Assembly (NCBI GenBank): GCA_964594415.1
Contig: CAZQLQ010000006.1
Location: 1 to 54,140 of the forward strand
DNA: 54,140 nt
Reading direction: 5' to 3'
Source: an uncultured Candidatus Saccharibacteria bacterium
GTDB lineage: Bacteria > Patescibacteriota > CPR2 > UBA1875 > CAIMLA01
Position numbers and translations under genes: made by a program. Positions within the stretch are counted from its first letter, which is position 1; each line of letters begins with the position of its first letter. The notes under the pieces are model-generated. The model did not search any database. It saw only the letters and a list, made by a program, of their open reading frames with translations, and was not told the DNA's origin. Of this stretch, positions 49,419-54,140 are shown in pieces.

Positions 49419-49608
49419 TGATCGGGGCGGCGGGATTTGAACCCACGAGCCAATAGTCCCTTGTCTAGGACATAAAATAATATCTTGGTCGGGGATGCGA
49501 GACTCGAACTCACGACCTCAGCGTCCCGAACGCTGCGCGCTACCAACTGCGCTAATCCCCGATTTTAAATTATGTCCTAGACGCGCTACCGAGCTGCGCT
49601 ACGCCCCG
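49419..49608 (-). pseudogene. Outer tRNA-Pro-like gene whose anticodon arm is replaced by a 13-bp stem enclosing an intact tRNA-Pro
   Basis: Acceptor cggggcg/cgccccg plus A73, D arm gcgc/gcgc, T arm gtggg-TTCAAAT-cccgc; inverted repeat 49463-49475/49570-49582; ends in TCA, not CCA. Confidence 0.85.
49486..49561 (-). tRNA. tRNA-Pro(CGG), intact inner copy
   Basis: 76-nt cloverleaf, anticodon arm cagcg-TTCGGGA-cgctg, encoded CCA. Confidence 0.97.
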
Positions 49609-49716
49609 TAGCTTCATATTTTACTCCTCTAGCTTAATTTTTTGAAGTACTGAAATTCACGTTATGTGACAAATTCAGAAAACTAACCTATAATCTTAAG
49701 CTATAAGGGAGGATAT

Positions 49717-50877
49717 ATGAAAAAAACATTGGCAATATTTTTCGGTGGCCCCTCAGTAGAACACGACGTATCAGTTATTTCTGGCATTCAAGCATATAAT
49801 AACGCGAACTCAGATAAATATAATAAGATTGCAGTTTATTGGTCACGAGACGGGCATTTCTACATACCAAAACAAGCCAAAAACATAAAAGGCTTGAGCG
49901 ATTTCAAGGAACAGTTTAAGACGCTTTTTTCTGAAAAAATAAGAGTAATTCCTGATCGGAAAAGTCTTAAGATAGACCAAAAAGGTTTTAGTATTTCATC
50001 TAAATCAATTAACGTCGATGTAGTTTTGCCGGTCTTTCATGGAACTACTGGAGAAGATGGATCTGCACAAGGTCTATTTGAAACGATGAACGTGCCATAC
50101 TGCTTCTCAGGAGTAACAGCATCAGCGATAGGAATGGACAAGATCATTTTCAAATCATTAATGCAAGCAAATAAAATTCCTGTTCTAGATTTTACTTATG
50201 CTGATAAAAATAGTGGCATAAATAAGCTAATTGAAAAGTTTTCGTTTCCACTAATTGCAAAACCGGCACATCTCGGCTCCAGTATAGGAGTAAAAAAAGT
50301 TGAGAATCTAAGAGAGTTAGATGATGCGCTTAAGATTGTTTTCGAGCTTGATACAAAGGCAATAATCGAACCCTATCTTGGAAACATGTTCGAAGTGAAT
50401 TGCGCAGTCTTGGGTTCTTCCTTCAATCCAGAAAAGATCAAAACATCCGCTTGCGAACAACCGATGACCAAAGAAGAAATTTTGACTTTTGAAGATAAAT
50501 ATTTGAGAGGCGGTAAGGGAGCAAAAGGTAAACTCAAGTCTGAATCCTCTTCGGGTATGGCCAGCCTGGAAAGAAAGATTCCTGCCGATATCCCAAAAAA
50601 AACAGAGGAGTTCATCAGAGAGACAGCTAGGAAAATATTTGAGGTTTGCGGATGCTCAGGAACAATGAGAGTTGATTTTATGATAGATAAGAATACGAAT
50701 GAAATTTATGTTACCGAAATAAACACAATACCCGGTTCTCTTTCCTTTTATCTCTGGGAAGCCACGGGGATAAGTTTCCCTGAGCTAATCGATAAATTGG
50801 TGGAGATCGCTGAGAATGAATTCAATTTCAAAAGCGGATTACTTAGAAGCTACGAATCTTCTCTACTTAACGACTAG
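49717..50877 (+). CDS. ddl: D-alanine--D-alanine ligase
   Basis: GGPSVEHDVS, HGTTGEDG, KPAHLGSSIG, EINTIPG. Confidence 0.95.
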   Translation: MKKTLAIFFGGPSVEHDVSVISGIQAYNNANSDKYNKIAVYWSRDGHFYIPKQAKNIKGLSDFKEQFKTLFSEKIRVIPDRKSLKIDQKGFSISSKSINVDVVLPVFHGTTGEDGSAQGLFETMNVPYCFSGVTASAIGMDKIIFKSLMQANKIPVLDFTYADKNSGINKLIEKFSFPLIAKPAHLGSSIGVKKVENLRELDDALKIVFELDTKAIIEPYLGNMFEVNCAVLGSSFNPEKIKTSACEQPMTKEEILTFEDKYLRGGKGAKGKLKSESSSGMASLERKIPADIPKKTEEFIRETARKIFEVCGCSGTMRVDFMIDKNTNEIYVTEINTIPGSLSFYLWEATGISFPELIDKLVEIAENEFNFKSGLLRSYESSLLND

Positions 50878-50879
50878 TT

Positions 50880-52220
50880 CTAACTCCAATAAGTATCAGG
50901 CAACTCGTTCTGAATTAGAACAACATCTCTTGACTTCAGTATCCGACCCAACAATTCAGGAGTTTTTTCAGGTGAGCTAGATTCGTAAACCAGAATCTTG
51001 AAACCGCTTTCCTTAATGCCTCTTTTAATAAACCTATGAAGAGTATTTTTTGCAATAATTACGACATCTGCGACCGCAGCAATTTGCCGGCCAAATTCAA
51101 CATTAGAAGATTCTTCAAAATCTCCCTGATCTACAATCCCCCCAGTAACTAAAACCTTTCTGCCTTTTTGTTTTTTTAGATATTCAAGTGCCGATTTTGC
51201 GCTATCTGGGTTTATATTATACGTATCATCTATTATTTTAATATCCCCTTGCACCTGTTCTTCCATACGCCTTTCTAGAGGTTCTATGTTTTGAACGACT
51301 GCCATAATCTCCTTGTGGTCCATACCAAGATTTTTCGCAAGAATAATTGCGCCTGCGATATTTTGTCTAAACGATTCGTTTTTTTGCCAATTTTTATCTA
51401 TTGTCAGATTGACGTCTTTGGAACTAAAAAACTTTGGAGAACCGTCATATCCGACAATCACCCTATTTACTCCTATATTATCTCTGTTTAGAAATTGGGT
51501 CTTTTTCTTCGTAAGCTCAAGGAGTGAAATAAACTCGTTATCAATATCTTCCTGCGTACCAAAAGTATGCAAATGCTGAGGACCCACTGAAGTTAAAACG
51601 ACAATCTCGGGATTAAGCAGTTTTACAAACTTTTCAAAGTCCCTTTTATGATATTCACCAAGCTCTACAAGATATATCTCGGTATTCTTATCTAGACTGC
51701 CTAAGATATCGTCTGATATCGAAACAATGGTGTTGTGATTTTCAATTGGGGTTTGTACATTAAACTTTTCAGACAAAATTAAGTTTGAAAAGTGTCTAAT
51801 TGTAGATTTTCCGTAACTGCCAGCGATAGCGACGACTTTACACCTCGTTTCAATAAGCTTTTTCTTGGCTTTTCGAATTAGGAAGAACTTATAGACAAAA
51901 TCGATAGGAGCAAGGACTAGAGCCGCATCAAGAACGAACAATGGTATCAAAACAGTAAATAAGCCCGTAAAAATAAATCTGTTGATCAGAAAAGGGTCAA
52001 AATAAAACATCAAAAAGATTGCCGTGAAGAAGAAGGATACTGACAGCAATAAGCTTGCTTTGGCTCTGGGCGTCCAATTAATTTTTCCCACCTTTTGAAA
52101 GCCTCTTTTGAAAAATCTCTTCTTGATCCATTTGCAATATTCTTTGCAAGAGTATTCTTCCAGCTGAAGAATGTAGACAAAATCAACAAAAGGGAATAAG
52201 TTATTTAGAACTTTTTTCAT
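50880..52220 (-). CDS. murF: MurF-like Mur ligase with N-terminal TM region
   Basis: IAGSYGKST P-loop, DDTYN-x-NP, LVTGGIV. Confidence 0.85.
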   Translation of the reverse strand: MKKVLNNLFPFVDFVYILQLEEYSCKEYCKWIKKRFFKRGFQKVGKINWTPRAKASLLLSVSFFFTAIFLMFYFDPFLINRFIFTGLFTVLIPLFVLDAALVLAPIDFVYKFFLIRKAKKKLIETRCKVVAIAGSYGKSTIRHFSNLILSEKFNVQTPIENHNTIVSISDDILGSLDKNTEIYLVELGEYHKRDFEKFVKLLNPEIVVLTSVGPQHLHTFGTQEDIDNEFISLLELTKKKTQFLNRDNIGVNRVIVGYDGSPKFFSSKDVNLTIDKNWQKNESFRQNIAGAIILAKNLGMDHKEIMAVVQNIEPLERRMEEQVQGDIKIIDDTYNINPDSAKSALEYLKKQKGRKVLVTGGIVDQGDFEESSNVEFGRQIAAVADVVIIAKNTLHRFIKRGIKESGFKILVYESSSPEKTPELLGRILKSRDVVLIQNELPDTYWS

Positions 52221-52917
52221 TTATAAACCCCCTTATGACTCCACAAAATAAATTTGAGTTTTCTAGATGTGCAAAATGTCCATTCTTAGGCAAAATCTTC
52301 AACTCGGAATTTGCAATCGTTTTGTGCATTTTTTTAGCGGTACGAACCGAAACCTGGTTGTCATTTTCGCCGATAATCAGCAAAACCGGTTGATCAATTT
52401 TCTTCATAAAAGGTAGCAAGTCAAAATTGATTGCTAACTTAAATATTTCTCTCATATCGCCAGCATTTTTATAATCTTCCGAACTGATTTTATCCTTGAT
52501 GGTCTTTGCAAAAGGAACTTTTTCGCGATCAATACCGATTTTAATTGCTAAATAATTCATGGACTTGAAAAATGAGGCTTTTTTAGTGTTTGGCTCTTTG
52601 AATCCTGGAGTCCCATATAAAATCAATTTATCAATTCTTGCGTCTAGACCCGAAAGTACGATAGCAACTCTGCCCCCAAAAGAGTGTCCAATAACGGCTA
52701 GTCTCTCGATTTGCAAAAGATCAATTTGCTTCTTTACCCATTCGGCATAATCCAGAACTGTCCAAGCGTCCTTAGGGGTTGGAGCAACCCCAAAACCCGG
52801 AAATTCTAAAGTATAACAGTTAAATTCATTCTCTAAATTATGAATAACCAGATCCCAGCTATCGCTCGTTTCCATCCAACCATTTAAAAACAATATGTTT
52901 CTTTTATTTCGATTCAT
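52201..52917 (-). CDS. Alpha/beta hydrolase
   Basis: GHSFGG, GENDNQV, GHFAH. Confidence 0.9.
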   Translation of the reverse strand: MNRNKRNILFLNGWMETSDSWDLVIHNLENEFNCYTLEFPGFGVAPTPKDAWTVLDYAEWVKKQIDLLQIERLAVIGHSFGGRVAIVLSGLDARIDKLILYGTPGFKEPNTKKASFFKSMNYLAIKIGIDREKVPFAKTIKDKISSEDYKNAGDMREIFKLAINFDLLPFMKKIDQPVLLIIGENDNQVSVRTAKKMHKTIANSELKILPKNGHFAHLENSNLFCGVIRGFINEKSSK

Positions 52918-52920
52918 AAC

Positions 52921-53541
52921 TTAAAAGAATTGATTTTTTCTTTCTTCCTCAATAGTTGTCTCTCTCATGTGTCCAGGGTAAACCCTTATTTTACCGTCTA
53001 GAGAAAGTAGCTTGCTCAGACTCTCCCCCATCTCCTTTGGACTTGAATATGGCAAATCCAGCCTCCCATAGGTGTGATAAAAAAGTGTGTCCCCACTAAA
53101 AAGACTATTATCTACAAGGTAGCAAACGCCACCGATCGTATGGCCTGGTGTTGCAATAACTTTAATCCGATATTTTCCAAATATGAGCTCGTCTTTTTCT
53201 GCTATACCATTAAGCTCAGTTTTAATATCCGGTATCTCCTCCCCCCATATTTTACTTTGTCCAGCCATATCTTTAACTAGCTCGATATCATCTACTCCAA
53301 TATATACTTTTGTATCAGGAAACTCCTTCTTCAACCCGTCAACACCCATCAGATGATCAAAGTGTCCGTGTGTAAGTAAGATATATTTGAGTTTCATATT
53401 TTCAATTTTATTAAGCTCAGCAATAATCCGTTCCGACTCGTCACCCGGATCAACTATTAGAGTTTCTCCATCTAAAAGACTAGCAATATAACAATTTGTT
53501 CCAATAGGTCCAACAACAAGTTTTTTTATATTTATATCCAC
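52921..53541 (-). CDS. MBL-fold metallo-hydrolase (glyoxalase II-like)
   Basis: THGHFDH, TPGHT, FSGDTLF, YPGH. Confidence 0.92.
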   Translation of the reverse strand: MDINIKKLVVGPIGTNCYIASLLDGETLIVDPGDESERIIAELNKIENMKLKYILLTHGHFDHLMGVDGLKKEFPDTKVYIGVDDIELVKDMAGQSKIWGEEIPDIKTELNGIAEKDELIFGKYRIKVIATPGHTIGGVCYLVDNSLFSGDTLFYHTYGRLDLPYSSPKEMGESLSKLLSLDGKIRVYPGHMRETTIEEERKNQFF

Positions 53542-54005
53542 CTTATAACCAACTTTCTCTTTATTTTTCTTTTTGGATTAACTTTTCTGGGCAAGTGATT
53601 ATTGACGTATTCTTTCCAATTTGCCTTAAGCCATTTTTTTTGTTCTTTAATTTCTTTTTCTAGGCCTCTTTTTACGAGCTCTCTATCTACCGCTCCCCCT
53701 GCATGGGGATGATCATATTTCCTCACTAACGGCGAATGGAAGCCATGAGTGTAATGAGCCAACTCATGCGCGATAGTGGCAGTAACTATAAATTCCGGGA
53801 TACTTTCATCTTTGAAAAGGCTGTTTATAGTAATAATCGTTTCTGCGTGTTCTCCAAATCTTTTATTCCCTTGCTTAATCGAACCTAGCCGATTCCGAGC
53901 TTTTCTACCCCAAACAATCATCACATCATTAAGCTGAGGGACGTCAGAAAAATACTTGTCCCACACTTCATCAAGCTTCGAAAATAACCAGTTATCGTCT
54001 CGCAC
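53532..54005 (-). CDS. SprT-like zinc metalloprotease domain protein, leaderless GTG start
   Basis: HELAH...HPH motif; TG-C-TAAAAT lies 6 nt upstream. Confidence 0.8.
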   Translation of the reverse strand: MRDDNWLFSKLDEVWDKYFSDVPQLNDVMIVWGRKARNRLGSIKQGNKRFGEHAETIITINSLFKDESIPEFIVTATIAHELAHYTHGFHSPLVRKYDHPHAGGAVDRELVKRGLEKEIKEQKKWLKANWKEYVNNHLPRKVNPKRKIKRKLVIRWI

Positions 54006-54055
54006 CGCACTATTTTAGCACAAAATACTAAACTTTTCGATTACGAAGAGCGTTT

Positions 54056-54140
54056 TTAGTTCTCGGCTTCGCCTCGAACAATACCCCCCCTTGAAAAACT
54101 GTTCGTCCCAAGGACCGACTATTTTAAAAAGTTATTCTTT
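54056..54140. repeat. Start of a third REP-like mosaic cluster
   Basis: gttctcggcttcgcctcgaac plus a 45-nt block matching 10795-10839. Confidence 0.85.

Noticed and set aside
49419-49608. Outer tRNA as a spliceable gene giving anticodon CAT or ATG, or as a two-piece tmRNA
   Set aside because: The 7-nt loops obtained by trimming the 13-bp stem (GACATAA, TTATGTC) violate U33 and/or purine-37 and conflict with Pro identity. There is no G3:U70 and no tag reading frame.

Overview
AT-rich chromosomal segment of a small-genome bacterium, most likely Patescibacteria/CPR. This is inferred from the gene families and the unlinked 16S; a Berkelbacteria-like placement is only a guess. Nearly all genes are on the minus strand. 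Layout: (1) 1-470, mosaic of short palindromic REP-like repeats. (2) 491-9203, small accessory membrane proteins and hydrolases, punctuated by tRNA-Ala 3'-end relics and a repeated terminator/leaderless-promoter module. (3) 9273-9962, a split tRNA-Ala whose two halves enclose a GIY-YIG nuclease gene and a second, intact tRNA-Ala that is itself enclosed by a 25-bp inverted repeat. (4) tRNA-Ile, a second REP mosaic and a solitary 16S rRNA with its own promoter, processing stem and terminator; no 23S in the window. (5) 13.8-27.2 kb, a cell-surface island: Ig/FN3 and InlB-B-repeat proteins, a tasA-like/sipW/LTD operon and a three-gene operon of Asn/Gly/Thr-rich 'NTG' repeat proteins, with c-di-GMP-II-like RNA leaders in front of up to three transcription units. 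(6) Housekeeping block: gyrB-gyrA, VirB4/TraG-like ATPase, L,D-transpeptidase, pheST, rmuC, DUF2207, tsaC, NUDIX, ddl, murF. (7) At 49.4-49.6 kb, an intact tRNA-Pro(CGG) nested inside the anticodon arm of another tRNA-Pro-like gene. The most striking observations are two independent 'tRNA-inside-a-tRNA' loci of matching isotype and a candidate riboswitch-controlled fibre/amyloid-like surface system. All family calls come from motif recognition by eye; no database searches were run.
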